Shown: positions 1 to 11,783 of the stretch, in pieces | Layout of the letters: each line of letters starts with the position of its first letter | How positions within the stretch are numbered: the stretch's first letter is position 1 | From: Vicugna vicugna | Taxonomy: Eukaryota | Direction of reading: 5' to 3' | Length of the DNA: 32,887 nucleotides | Assembly: GCA_013265495.1 (NCBI GenBank) | Contig: PNXW01002029.1 | Coordinates: forward strand, 1 to 32,887 | Notes under the pieces: model-generated | What the model saw: only the letters and a program-made list of their open reading frames with translations | What the model was told of the DNA's origin: nothing | The model's database searches: none | Translations under genes and position numbers: made by a program

Positions 1-214
1 CAGACACCTCGTGGATGCAGGAAGGCCTTGCAAATAAGGCAGTGTTCCTGATGGAGGGTGTGAGCAGATGGTTCTGCTGGCCCGGCGTGTGGCAGGTGCC
101 CCACTGCCTGGGGTTGCCCTCTGAGTGACCAGCCATGTCGTCTGGGACAGCAGCAGCCCCTCCAAACCAGCGTTCCAACCAGGTGATCAACAGGCTGGAG
201 GGTCCTACAGCCAA

Positions 215-490
215 CTTCTTTTTCCTCTTAAACCAAAATTTATATTTCCTTGCTTGTAAAAATGCCAAAGGCTTATTTTGGGGGGGAGGAAGAGGAAAAT
301 ATAGAAAATCTTTAATTCTGCCTCTGAGAGATGTTTTAGAATACTTGCTGTTGGCAGTTATTTTTCTGCACATTTTCATGTAATTGAGAGCCTAGTGTAC
401 ATAAAAAATATGCTTTTTCCCATAACATGGTAACATGAACATCCCTAGCTTATTACAGTTCTTCATAAATTCTTGAGGTGATGGTGAATA
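215..490 (-). mobile_element. Ancient L1 (L1ME-like) 3' fragment
   Basis: AT-rich island in GC-rich context resembling the antisense L1ME 3' end (…gaaaatatagaaaa…ctctgagagatg…atgctttttcccataacat…catgaacat…); highly diverged, family from memory. Confidence 0.4.
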
Positions 491-969
491 ATCTGTCGGG
501 GGAGATGGCCTCGATGGATCTGTCTCTGTCACTGGAGGTGATGGCATTTCAGGGCATTTCAGTGCCCCCTAGTCTATCCCCCTCCATGCCAGCTCCTTCC
601 CTGCTGAGCCGGGCCTCTTCCCTGCCCAAGTCAGCAGGGCACCTGGCTAGTTCCTAAGACTGAGGGAATAAGGAGACCCTCCTCCTTCTAGGGTTAGGGC
701 AGTGCCAGGTACCCCCATTGGCGGGAGGCAGGGCAGTGCCCGTGTCTTGGGTAGAAAGATGAGACCCTTCGATGTGCTGCATTGTGGCGGCCCTGAAAGG
801 TGGGTGCCCTGGGCCCTACTCACAGCCTGTGGTGGGGCTGGGGGTTCTGAGCCAGCACAGTGGACCCCAAAGCTTACCAGCCCGTGGTACCCAGTAAGTG
901 ACCAGTCCACTTTGAATATGTGAGGCCAGAAGAGGACAGATCACCACGTTGTCAGCCAATGCATTGGAT

Positions 970-1105
970 ACCCTGTGAGCCTCAGTTTCCTCACTGTCAG
1001 ATGGAGGCAGTAACAGCCTCCATGGTTGGGAGCACTAAATGCAGTGAAACATGGAGTGTGCCTAGAAGGGTGTCTGGCCCTCGCAGGCACACAGCAGGTG
1101 CCCAG
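970..1105 (+). mobile_element. MIR SINE (core and tail)
   Basis: MIR core motif ctgtgagcctcagtttcctcactgtcagatgg followed by a diverged tail (ttgggagcactaaatg…cctagaagggtgtctggccc). Confidence 0.75.
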
Positions 1106-1299
1106 CTAGAGAGTGCCACTGCGCTGTCCCTAGGAGCTGCCCCTCAGGAGCTGGAGGGTGGCGGGGAGCTGGGAGCCTCCGGGAAGTAACACGGATGCCG
1201 TAGACGAGCGATGACACCCAGGCAGAGCGAGCGGCTGAGCTGGTACACACCTGACGCCTGCTTCAGGTTCAGCCAGCTGCTGGTTAGCGTGTCGCCTGT

Positions 1300-1440
1300 G
1301 ACAGCTCTAAGGTCTGGGCACTTTGCATGGATAATCTCACGTATTCCTCACACTCTGATCCTGTAGCTTAGCACCGGTAAAGAGGATGAAGGAAAGCAGG
1401 GTCTTACACTCATTCAGCCTGTGGTGACCCAGGCTGCTGT
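1300..1440 (-). mobile_element. MIR SINE fragment
   Basis: gcactttgcatggataatctcacgtattcctcac resembles antisense MIR (gctttacatggattatctcatttaatcctcac). Confidence 0.45.
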
Positions 1441-2008
1441 TGGGGTCACAGGTCCAGACCTGCATCTTCCCTCTGGGCCCGCACACTGGGGTTCCCGCAG
1501 CCAGGTAGAGCAGGGGTGGGGGGGATGCTGGCTGGAGGTGATGGGACCCAGCAAATGCCCCTGGGCTCAGACAGCTTCTCTGAAGGTCCTGCTCTGAGGA
1601 TCACCTTAGTTGACTTGATGTGCATTTTGGGGGCCCACATGGTGGTCATATGGCCTGAGGGCCTGGGAAGAAATGCTGGTGTCCTGTCCCACCTCTCTGA
1701 CTGTGCACAGGGACAAAGGCCAACTCCTACACCTCAGCCCCTCTGCCCGGTGGGTTCGAATGAAGATTTGGGAGCTATTTTATCCAGCAAGTCGTGCTCT
1801 GGCCCGGTCACCTGGGCTGGCTGCTGTGGGCATTGAGAGGGAAGACAGCAGCATGGCTCCAGCCCTAGAGGGGGTCAGGCCTCCGCTTAATGGTGCCTTG
1901 GTCATGTGGTCCCTGCACGTGGGGCCCTTCCCCTCCCCCACCTGGCAGACCTCCTAATTCAAGGTCACTTGAAGAAGGTGCTGTCTGACCTTTTCCAGAC
2001 AAATTATT

Positions 2009-2133
2009 ATTATTTTTGTTTTGTTGGGTTTTTTGGTTTGTTTTTATTGAGGTGTGATTGACATATAACATTATAGTAGCGTCAGGAGTACAATATAATG
2101 ATTCAGTATTTGTATATATTGTGAAATGGTCAC
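2009..2133 (-). mobile_element. Short L1 3'-end insertion (older L1MA9-like 3' terminus)
   Basis: T-rich tail then tttattgaggtgtgattgacatataacattata…gtacaatataatgattcagtatttgtatatattgtgaaatggtcacc; same 3' type as the element at 31471; tentative degenerate TSD ccagacaaattatt / ccagattatt. Confidence 0.75.
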
Positions 2134-2155
2134 CCAGATTATTAATTGCCATTGT

Positions 2156-3447
2156 TCTATTTATTTTTATTTTTTATTGAAATATAGTTGGTTTACAATG
2201 TTGTGTTAGTTTCTGTTATACAGCAAAGTGATCCAGTTATACATACGTATATTGTTCTTCAAATTATTTTCCACTATGCTTTATTACAAGATATTGAATA
2301 TAGTTCCCTGTGCTATACAGTAGGTCCTTGTTGTTTATCTATTTTATATATAGTAGTGTGTTTATGTTAATCCCAGACTCCAACTGTATCCTCTCGGTCT
2401 ACCCTTTTTCCTTTGGAAACCATAGTTTGTTTTCTGTCTGTGAGTCTATTTCCTGTTTGTAGATAAGTTCATTTGTATCTTTTTTTTTCAGATTCCACAT
2501 GTAAGTGATATCACATATCATTTGTCTTTCTCTGCCTGACTTACTTCACTTAGTATATTAATCTCTAGATACATCCATATTGCTGCAAATGGCATTATTT
2601 AATTCTTTTCATGGCTGAGTAATATTCTATAGTATATACATACCACATTTTAAAAATTCATTCCTCTGTTGATAGACATTTAGGTTGCTTCCATGTCTTG
2701 GCTATTGTAAATAGTGCTGCTCGGAACACTGGGGTGCATCTATCTTCTTAAACTAGTTTTCTCCAGATATATGCCCAGGAGTGGGATTGTTGGATCACAT
2801 AGTACATCTGTTTTTCTTTCTTTAAGGAACCTCCATACTGTTCCTCATACTGGCTGCACAAATTTACACTCCCAACAACAGGGTAGGAGGGTTCCTTTTT
2901 CTTCACACCCCCTCCAGCATTTATTAGTTACAGATGTTTTGATGGTGGCCATTCTGACTGGTATAAGGTGATACTTCATTGTAGTTTTGATTTGCATTTC
3001 TCTAATAATTAGGTCTCCTGTCCATTTTTGGATTGGGTTGTTTGTTTGTTTGTTTGATATTAAACTGTATGAGCTGTTTGTATATTTTGGAAATTAATCC
3101 CTTGTCAGTTGCAAATATTTTCTCCCATCTCTCATTGTAGGTTGTCTTTTCATTTTGTTCATGGTTTCCTTTGCTGTGAAAAAGCTTTTAAGTTTAAATA
3201 GGTCCAATTAGTTCATTTTTGCTTTTATTTCCACTACTCTAGAAGGTGGATCCAAAAGAATATTGCCACGATTTATGTCTAAGAGTGTTCTGCTTGTTTT
3301 CCTCTCGGAGTTTTAGAGTATTCTGTCTTACATTTAGATCTTTAATCCATTTGAGTTTATTTCTGTATATGGTGTGAGAGAATGTTCTAATTTTATTCTC
3401 TTACATGTAGTTGTCCAGTTTTCCCAGCATCACTTATTGGAGAGACT
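2156..3447 (-). mobile_element. 5'-truncated LINE-1 (cetartiodactyl-type 3'UTR plus ORF2 C-terminus)
   Basis: poly(T) then ttattgaaatatagttggtttacaatg; colinear with the L1 copies at 11886-13076 and 25991-27606; 69-bp internal deletion near 3012. Confidence 0.95.
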
Positions 3448-4347
3448 CAGGCTTACTGATTCTTAATGCAAGTATTTCTTTGATGAATATTTGAACTATG
3501 ATTATTCATTAGAATTAAATGTTTAGAAAGATTTTCTGTATAATATATGATGTTTCTGAACAGTACATCTATTATTAATAAAGAGATAGTCCAGCTCTCC
3601 TAATATTACCTCTGAATATTGGGTGGGTGTTGAACTTATCTGATGTTATCCCACAATGCAGGATTGTGAACATTAAATAAGATACCATGTGTAATGCAGC
3701 TATCACAGAGTGTGTCTTTAATTACCATTCTTTTCAGGTTTCTTTATCCATAGGCTGAAACTTCTTCAAAGAGATGAACTACGTCTTAACAGAGTTTTAT
3801 CCTCAATTTGTATTACCGTATCTGGTCCACAGAAGGAGCTCTAGAAAGGTGTTTATGGAATTTGTCGTATGATTATGACAGTCTTTGAGCTCAGATTTTT
3901 CCATGGACTTAGAAGTTGCAATCTCTCACATGCTGCATTCAGTTTTTGTGTTTTCTGTTGCTTTGTCAGGTGGATGTCTAACTCCATTGTTTTCTTACAT
4001 GGTTTGATCCTATTCATGCTCTCTGTTAAACTACCAACCAAGCGCTTCACTTGTCTTGATTTTGTCCTCACTAAACCTTCTTGGTTCTGAGACTCCATAA
4101 TGACCACATCTTCTGGTGCTGGCTTCATAAGGCAATAAGCATTGGCCAACCTATCAATGTGATTAATGTTGGTGTAATAACAGCAGAAAGCTAAAGGGTT
4201 CCTTCACTTTAAAAGCAGCCTTCTGGAGGCAGCTCACTGTTTGATTCTGCTGTGGCTCCGTTACTGGGATCTCTAGCTCATGCCAATCAGCAGAAGTAGT
4301 GTTGGAGGTAGGCGTGACATTTTTTATGCTTCTTTCCTCTTTCCCAA

Positions 4348-4380
4348 TACACACAGACACACACACACACGCACGCACAC
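4348..4380. repeat. (CA)n microsatellite, imperfect
   Basis: tacacacagacacacacacacacgcacgcacac. Confidence 0.9.
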
Positions 4381-4559
4381 GTAGAGCTAACCTTTGTTGC
4401 TAATCATGGCATAGTTTGTGCCTGGTGGAACAAAAGATGCCAGCCAGGTGAGTCATATTCTGATTTATTGAATAAACATTTTCCGTGTGAGAAGCAGAGA
4501 AACAAAATGAAACTATTGCTTGATCAAGCTGGAAAAGACTAGTGTTGCCAAGACACTGG

Positions 4560-4714
4560 AGTGCAGTTTTGAGCTGGGCTGGCTGCTGCAGGATCACCTG
4601 GGGAACTTTATGAAGAAATTGGCTCCCAGGTTCCCTCCCCCGCCGACCCCCTGGAGATTTTCAGCCAAAGCTCTCCTGATGATGCTTGGGTTTGTCTAGT
4701 TTCAGCAACCACTG
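4560..4714. mobile_element. MER5A-like hAT-Charlie MITE
   Basis: caggatcacctggggaacttt near the left end and right terminus gtttcagcaaccactg, matching MER5 gaatcacctgg and tttgagaaccactg. Confidence 0.6.
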
Positions 4715-4874
4715 CTTCTCCCAGTCCTTTAGCTTTACACCAGGGAGTGTCAAAGCCCAGAAGGAAGTGATCTGTCCAACTCTCTTCAGGGGGTAAGAGG
4801 AAAAGCTGAGAGCGAGAAGGAAGAAACGAGTGTTCGGTGGATGAGAGAGTTTAATGGGAGCCATATTCAGTACT

Positions 4875-5020
4875 CTACACATTTGGTCTCATGGCCTTGG
4901 GAGAGAGGCACTGGCATTTCCATCTGCAGGAGAGAGAATTCAGACTCAGAGAGGTTAAGGCTCACACAGCTAGACAGTCGTCAAGATGGGCTAAAATAAA
5001 TCCATCTTATTCCAAAGCCT
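4875..5020 (-). mobile_element. MIR SINE
   Basis: tttccatctgcagg…agactcagagaggttaaggctcacacagcta corresponds to the antisense MIR core. Confidence 0.7.
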
Positions 5021-5235
5021 CCTCAGTTGGCTCTTGTCTCCTGAATCCTAATCCATGATAATTTAGTAGGAATTTACTTATTTTAAGATAAGTGAACTGC
5101 TTAAACATGCCACTGTTTCCTGAGCCTGTTCAGAACCAGTGCTGGATCTATTTGGCTCCGTGATTAAGTGCTCTGAGTCTTCAGCCTTTGAGTTGTCTGC
5201 ACCAACCCAACTCCCAGCAGCTAGATTCACTTCAA

Positions 5236-5965
5236 AATATTTCAACAGATATTTATTGGAAAACTACCAAACTACCATGTGCCACGTACAATGTTAGGAG
5301 CTTAGAGGTAAACACACAGGACCAAGTTTGGTATTCATAGAGCCTACAGTCTTAAGGAAGCTATGAGAAAATAAATTACACAAATAAAACATGATGGGAG
5401 TTATACCAAGGGAAGTAGAGGTGCTTTGGGAATATGTAGCAGAAAAATTGAGCCCTGACTCAGGGCCAACCGAGGGAAGCCTCCCAGAAGCTGACAGCTA
5501 GAAGATGAGCAGGAGTTAGCTAGGAGAAATGGGGTGAAGCAGAAGCATGGGACTAGGGTGGGATCGAGGGTGGGGGCAGGGCAGATATTTCAGAAGAGGA
5601 AATAGAATGTGTGACTTCCAGGAGCCTAGACATTGTGTGAAGAGTTTGCATTTGACCCGTTCAAGGAACTGAAAGAAGCTTAGTATTTCTGGAAAGAGAG
5701 GGAGAGAGACTAGATGTCAGGGGGAGAGGTAGGAAGTCTCTAGATGGAGAAAAGCCATGAAAACCCCATTAAAGTCTTTGCATTTTATTTTAAAGCACGA
5801 CTGAGCTACTGAAGTTTCCCAATTCTGTAAAAATGATCTGAGGATTAAAACCAGGGTGTAATATAAATAGATTTATAGTTTGGAAAATGTTTTGATAGCA
5901 GTGTTAAAGATGGATTGGGGTGGATTCAACTTGGAGGCAGGGAGGCCGGATAGGAGGCTATTTCA
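5236..5965 (-). mobile_element. LINE-2 3' portion
   Basis: atttcaacagatatttattg…ctaccatgtgcca…tcatagagcctacagtc is the antisense L2 3' end; continues with L2-like purine-rich body (ttcaaggaactgaaagaagc; ggaggcagggaggccggataggaggctatt). Confidence 0.8.
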
Positions 5966-5984
5966 TTTGGAAACCTGTGCTGGG

Positions 5985-6068
5985 CTTTATTCATCCTTGC
6001 AGTTTAGCACCAGCACACTGCCAGGTACCTAGCAGGTACCAAGTAAGTTTTCCTTGAATGAATGAATG
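5985..6068 (+). mobile_element. LINE-2 3' terminal fragment
   Basis: ccagcacactgccaggtacctagcaggtaccaagtaagttttccttgaatgaatgaatg, the L2 3' terminus with (TGAA)n tail. Confidence 0.65.
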
Positions 6069-6444
6069 TGGGAAGAAATATTGGTTAGGACAAATGGCTC
6101 CCCCAATTTTTCTTGTTCATTTGGCTTCTTATCTTTGTCCAGGCTCTCCCCTCTTTCTCAGGTATACATATATTTTTTCTATCTCAATAAATAATAACTG
6201 TGTTTTTAGGTTCAGCTTAAGAATAGCTGCTTCTTGGAGACTTCCTTGACTGTTCTCAGTTTCACTGATTTCCGATCCCCCTCAATTCCAATATGACTTA
6301 GAGTCTGTTTAAAGCTTTATGAGATCTTGGATGAGTCTTCAACTACTTTTAAATTTAGCTTAAGATTTAAAAAATATATTAAGATGATAAGTACTTATCT
6401 ATCTCTGTGTATGTATGTATGTTTGATTAAGGCTAGGAGGCTTG

Positions 6445-6860
6445 GAAGAGCTAGCCTCTTTCACATACAGTTGTGAAAGCATAAAATTTCCTCCTAAAAA
6501 AGGAATATATATGCCAGTTACCTTAAAATACCCATACTATTTGACTCACATTTTTCTTCTGGAAATCTATGCTAAGCAAGTAGGCAGAAATAATGATAAA
6601 GATTTATGTTCAGATATATTTACCTCTGCCTTTTGCAATTTTAAGAAGTTAGAGGCAATATGATTATTTAAATATGGGAGGAAGCAAAGGCTAAATAAGT
6701 GTTATAATTATATATAAATACTATGTAGAAATATAATATTTGGAAAGATTAACATAGAATGGCAATTGAAAAGTGAAGTTATAACTGCAGTATATTTTTA
6801 TTTTTTACATGTTTAAAATTTTTTCACAATGATGATATAGTTAAACTGGCAATATAAATG
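6445..6860 (+). mobile_element. Ancient L1 (L1ME-like) ORF2-end/3'UTR relic
   Basis: ccttaaaatacccatactatttgactcacatttttcttctggaaatctatgctaagcaa…aaagatttatgttcagatatatttacc resembles the L1ME 3' region. Confidence 0.6.
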
Positions 6861-7344
6861 TTATGCTAAAGCACTGCAAAAAAAAAAAAAAATGGTTTCT
6901 TGTTTTTCTACTACACTTTAGCCAAGTTGGCCAGTAGAGCTACCATCTAGCATTCAGGAATCCTCTCACTCGCCTTCCTGGCGGTCAGCACAGAAGAAGC
7001 AAGCCTCCAAGCCAGGTCCTTCGGGCGGGAGGGAGATGGCTTGCTCCTCTTCGCTCCCTCCCCAGGACAGCTTCTGGGAGCTTGCCATCTTCACATTTGC
7101 ATGGACCGAGTCTGCAACCCCGCTCTCCAAGTACTGGGCTGATCACTTCTGGTTTGCCCACTGAGGGTGTTCTGAGAAGTGAAACCCTCACAGGCCGTGG
7201 CCACAGAGCCAGATGACGCAGCAGCCCCGGTGTGTCTCCAGACAGGGTTCCAGAGCCCACGCTTGCCGTATGGTCTGTCTTTGCCGTCTTGGCAATTGTT
7301 CGTGCTCTAGAAGCAAGGATCACGGTTGGGCCCGTATCTTCTCT

Positions 7345-7505
7345 CCCTCTCTGGAGAACTATATTAGGCTCAGTTCTTACCATTTTTAACAGCAGCAGGA
7401 CAGTCCCATAAAGTGCTCCTCGGGGATGGCCTGGCCTGCTTTGGTGGGGGAGAGATGCTAGGAGAGTTACTGTCACATCTGTAAACATCTGGGATGGAAG
7501 GGCCT
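7345..7505 (+). mobile_element. L3/CR1 LINE fragment
   Basis: ctggagaactatattaggctc…accatttttaacag and agagttactgtcacatctgtaaacatctgggatgg resemble L3/CR1 RT-region motifs (ctggagtactgtgttcagttctgg; atagctgtcttcaaatatttgaagg). Confidence 0.4.
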
Positions 7506-7769
7506 GGAATGAAAATGTGTTATGGTCATATTTTGAGAGACAAAAACTCTCTAATGCAAAAGAGCAGCAGCAGAAACAGCCAGGTGACTCCAGGTAGGAC
7601 TCCCTTGACGTGACCTTAAGTCCTGTGATGGTTGATGCTTGCTTTGGGGTCTTCGGTCTGCAACCTTTTTTAGGTCCTGAGTGTATATTCTGACTAGCCT
7701 CTCTATAATGCAAAGAGCAAGCATATACTAGACAGAGTTTTAATATCTAGTCCTGTGTTACTTCCTTTA

Positions 7770-7905
7770 AGTTTTATAGCAACCCCGTGAACTATGATGA
7801 CCATCACCTCATATGTGTAAAACCCGAGAAATTGATGGCTTGAGATCACACCGGTGGTACTTAAGGAGCAGGGCTCAAGTCCTGGCACCCACGCCAACCA
7901 CCACA
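7770..7905 (-). mobile_element. MIR SINE
   Basis: agcaaccccgtga…gaaattgatggcttgagatcacac…gcagggctcaagtcctggca. Confidence 0.5.
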
Positions 7906-8129
7906 CTGTACTGAACTAACACGTGCAAAGTGCTTACAGCAGTACCTGGCACCCGAACTTACAAAGGAAGTATCGACTACTGTCAACTCTTTTTAGTAAT
8001 TCTGGGCAGTGACCAGTACTCTGTTTCAATTTGATATGTCCATGCAAATACCTCTGTTCTCTGTGGGGAGCTGGAAAAGACCCATCAGTGCAGAAATGGA
8101 TGTTGCTAAGCATTCTTGGGCTGAACATT

Positions 8130-8260
8130 TGGGGTCTGTGTGACAGAAGGAAGTTGACATCATCTTGGATGTCACAGATGGCAGTGTGAGATATGGCAAG
8201 GTGGGGCCACCACCCTCTACGTGTTAGTGGACCTTGAAGTGCTCTTGGTTTCTGTCTCCA
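8130..8260 (+). mobile_element. Possible L3/CR1 fragment
   Basis: tgtgacagaaggaagttgacatcatcttggatgtcacagatggcagtgtg resembles L3 aagctaatgcaatcttaggctgcattaatagaagtatag. Confidence 0.3.
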
Positions 8261-8796
8261 GTCAAGGAGGCCATCGACACAGGAGAATGAGGGGTATAAA
8301 TTGCGAATGACTGAGAAACTACAAGGAGCTTTGAGGCACTGAGCCTTCTCCTTACACCCACCCATGCTTAATTCTTAGGCTGCACAATTTTTACCTGTAT
8401 TTTTATGAGATTACCTTTCCTCAATATTAATTTAGCCAAATTTCATCCAAAATAAATACATTGAAATTGCGGTGGGACTGAGGGAGAAGCACAGAGTGCA
8501 GTGATGCCCACCTCCCCCTGAGATATACTAGAGAATATTCAAGTTGAAGTGTTTTTGGTTTTTATGGGGACAGTTATATCTATGTAACAATGTGGGGAAG
8601 CCTATCTATTTAAATGCCAAATGAGTCCATGTTATCATACGTGTTTTTGTTGTTCTGCAGAGTGGTTACTTGATATGCCACTGATCTCATTCATGGAGAA
8701 GTAGAGAATTCAGAATATATAATAAAATAGTTTAGGCTCTTTTTTTAAAAGTCACCTTGAAAAGGATTTTATTTTAGCTCATTCTTGAAGAAGGCT

Positions 8797-9163
8797 AGTG
8801 TGTTGCTTAGGAAAGAGCACTACAACACAACACAATCCCCAAATCTTAGTGGCTTAAAACAACGAACGTTTAGTCCCCACTCACTCTGTATTGCTGAAGG
8901 ACCTGCTCAATCTTACCCTCACTCTGGGACCCAGGCTTGTGGTACAGCCACTGTCTCATAGCCAATTGCAATCCCAGAGAGAAAGGCAGAACTTTGGAGG
9001 GTCTAAAACTGCAGTTAATGCCCTTCTCCATTTAAGTGATGTAAGTAACTTACATTCAAATGTCATTGGCTGGAACATGATCCTAGGAAGAGTAATTCTA
9101 TCTTGCATTGGAGGAGTAGAGAAATAGAATATTCAGTGAATACTAGCACTGATGACTACCACA
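8797..9163 (-). mobile_element. MaLR solo LTR (MLT1J/K/L-like)
   Basis: aacacaatccccaaatcttagtggcttaaaacaac, ctcactctgggacccaggct, cattggctggaac and terminal gactaccaca are characteristic of antisense old MLT1 LTRs. Confidence 0.8.
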
Positions 9164-9341
9164 GGTGGACAGCATATTGTCAAGGGAGATGAGGGGGAAT
9201 GCAGGTGGACCTCAGACCTCCTTGAGAGTCAATGAGAAAACTCAACCTGCAGAGAAATAAAATGAGCTGAAATTGTAAAAGTGGAGGGCTGGATTGGGAG
9301 TCTTATGGCAGGGTAAGCAGTTTTGCCTTTTGCAAATGAAC

Positions 9342-9553
9342 CATTGGTTCCCAAATTTATTTTTGCCAATGGAGAAAATTTTATGGCAAATCCATATAAA
9401 TCCCAAATGCATAAAACAGAAAAAAAAAAGCCAGGATTATCTTTGGTGGAAGAAGGAATAAGAGGACCCTGAAAACCTTTTTACTTGGCCCCCTACTCCC
9501 TCTCTCGATGGGACTCCCATAGCTCTTTGCAACAACTTAATAAAAATCACAAC
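9342..9553. mobile_element. hAT-Charlie MITE (MER112-like)
   Basis: Left end cattggttcccaaa, internal cccaaatgcataaaacagaaaaa…atctttggtggaag, right end aaaaatcac; family assignment from memory. Confidence 0.45.
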
Positions 9554-9764
9554 TCTAGGAACTTAAACACCGTCTAGCACACTTAAGTATCGTGGAAGTG
9601 GGAAGTCTCCTGTCAAAACCGTGGTTGGCAACTATAGATTAAAAATATTTTAAAAAATAGATTAAAGATAGATCAGAATGAGGGAGAAACTGAGTAGGAA
9701 GTTCAACAAAGATGAATAAAATAATTAGAAGCTGGGTGTTGACAAGGGTAGAAGTGTCTCAAAG

Positions 9765-10110
9765 AAATATTTGACAAACTGGTGACTGATTAGACCTGGG
9801 GATTCATGGAGAGAGCAGAGTCAAAGAAAATGACTTGCATGAGGCTTGTGAACTGGGGAATGGCGGAGCAATGAATGTTAATATCAGGATTGACAGGGAG
9901 AATTTTAGGATTAAAAAAATGTATAGTTCCCATTGTAAGATATGGAGTGCTATGGAAAAACGTAAATTTAATATTAAATATATTAGTTTTAGGTGGCAGA
10001 AGATTATCTCCAAATGCCTAAGGCAGAGTTGGAAATTTGACATTGGTGCTTGAAAGAACCAGGGCTGAAGGTGTGGTCTGGGAGATATTCACAAAGAAAT
10101 GAAATGTAGT
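9765..10110 (-). mobile_element. LINE-2 internal fragment
   Basis: aaactggtgactgattaga…gagtcaaagaaaatgact…tgaactgggg…aggcagagttggaaatt…cagggctgaagg, typical antisense L2 body. Confidence 0.65.
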
Positions 10111-11264
10111 TCATTAAAATTGATCGTTATAAGCATAGGCTCATATATGTCTGATTCAGATTGAGATGCAATGAATAGTGTGACTTCTCTTTAGAGTCAC
10201 TGAATTACATACTAATCTCTTTAAAGGTTGGTATTAATGAGGGTAGGCAGTGAGGAGGACTTCTTAAACTCATAAACTAAGGTATGCTGCAAAACTCTAT
10301 TTTTCTCCCCTCTGGGTGGTTTGGATTGCAACTTTATCTTTATGGCACTGGGTAAGTAATTCAGAATTCGAATGTCTTAATTTTATTCATAGTTGAGACC
10401 CAAGACAGTTCCCCACGTTGGAGCAAAGGGTGCCATCTTGAAGCAGAAGTGATAGTCTTCATTATATGTATTCAATGTAATTTTAGGACTTTATTGGAGT
10501 AATAAATTGGCAAACAATTCGGGCCAAAGAACCCACTTATATGTTCCCAGGGGTTAAATTATCAAAGATCCTTTGGAAACCGAACCTTTCCTTCCTCTGA
10601 GAGTGAGACTGTTCTCCCTCCTCTGCCCGCCCAGCTTTTCAGCTTGGCTTAGTGCATGAAATTCCTGACACCTCAGTCATCTAATCCCATGAAAACTGAG
10701 CGTGAAGGGATAGAAACCAAACTTCCCTGGGGGTTCCTTCCATTTCAAATGTCTAACCTTTTGGATTCTAACCCAAGAACTTCTATTGACTCATCCAGGA
10801 TCATGGATTGGCTAATCCATTGATATACGCCTGGTGTGTGTGATAGCGGGTACACAGGGCTATCTCCACATGGTTCTATCATTTCACAGCGATGAGCTTG
10901 ATGGGACTGGAGATTAAAAGTCCTCATTGTTAATACTATAAAAGCTAATACATCAATAAGTAAATATCAAATATCAAATAAATCATCCAACTCATTACCA
11001 ATGAATGACCAGTGATTGCCTATGGGAAATAGAGGAAAGCTTAAGCTAGAACACACCCATTTGATTCTGAGTCAAATGATTAACTAGATTAAGAGTCAGA
11101 TCATAGAGTGCCAGGAAATGAGAACTTACTCTTCATGGAAATCTTATTTTATAGCATGGGTAGCACAGTTTGGGAACTTTTTCCCTCGAGTAAGGAACAA
11201 GCTATGGGAATAGATCCATAGGGAAATTAGGGATGTTTAGGACGTGTATGTACCTTGACATGTG

Positions 11265-11385
11265 AAATCAGAAGATTTATAGTCTTGTCTCTGAGACTTC
11301 TTAGCTGTGTCTTTTGAGCAAGTTGTCCATTCTTTGAATTATGGTTTACTCACGTATAATATAAGAAGTTTGAATTAAATAGAAT
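11265..11385 (+). mobile_element. MIR/MIR3 SINE
   Basis: cttcttagctgtgtcttttgagcaagttgtccattctttgaattatggtttactcacgtataatat. Confidence 0.55.
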
Positions 11386-11456
11386 TATTTTCTGAATTAT
11401 TATTATTCTAAATTAATGTAATTTTCAGATCTGGATTTTTACTATTAAGTACCTAA

Positions 11457-11638
11457 ATTTTTTTCACAATTAAAAAAATGAAGTATAGTTGATTTACAAT
11501 ATTGTGTTAGTTTCTGGTGTACAACAAAGTTATTTGGTTACACATGTGTGTGTGTGTGTGTGTGTGTATCCCTTTCCCCTTTGGTAACTATGTTTGATTT
11601 CTATGTCTGTGAGTCTGTTTCTGTTTTATAAATAAGTT
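11457..11638 (-). mobile_element. L1 3'-end fragment with internal (TG)n and an internal deletion
   Basis: tgaagtatagttgatttacaatattgtgttagtttctggtgtacaac…(TG)n…cctttcccctttggtaac…aaataagtt; lacks roughly 150 bp relative to the copy at 2156. Confidence 0.85.
11545..11567. repeat. (TG)n microsatellite
   Basis: Pure TG run inside the L1 3'UTR. Confidence 0.95.
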
Positions 11639-11783
11639 ACAATATCTTACAACAACCTTCAATGGAAAAATACAAAAATGAATATATGTATGTATATTCA
11701 TGACTGGGACATTGTGCTGTACACCAGAGATTGACACATTGTAAAATACTGTACTTCAATAAAATAAATAATATAAAAAAAAA
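11639..11783 (+). mobile_element. Sense-strand L1 extreme 3' end with A-rich tail
   Basis: aatatatgtatgtatattcatgactgggacattgtgctgtacaccagagattgacacattgtaa…tacttcaataaaataaataatataaaaaaaaa; reverse complement matches the 3' end seen at 27281-27356. Confidence 0.85.

Noticed and set aside
2714..2971. Plus-strand ORFs with recurring MPRSGI…LRNLHTV peptides (also 26320-26610, 12706-13038)
   Set aside because: Antisense translations of L1 ORF2, not a gene family.
3853..4149. 98-aa ORF as a possible processed pseudogene
   Set aside because: Starts at a non-ATG codon, shows no similarity I can recognise, and has no poly(A) or TSD.
6985..7713. Longest ORF in the window (242 aa, minus strand)
   Set aside because: No recognisable domain, composition typical of a GC-rich chance frame, and it overlaps a probable L3/CR1 relic.
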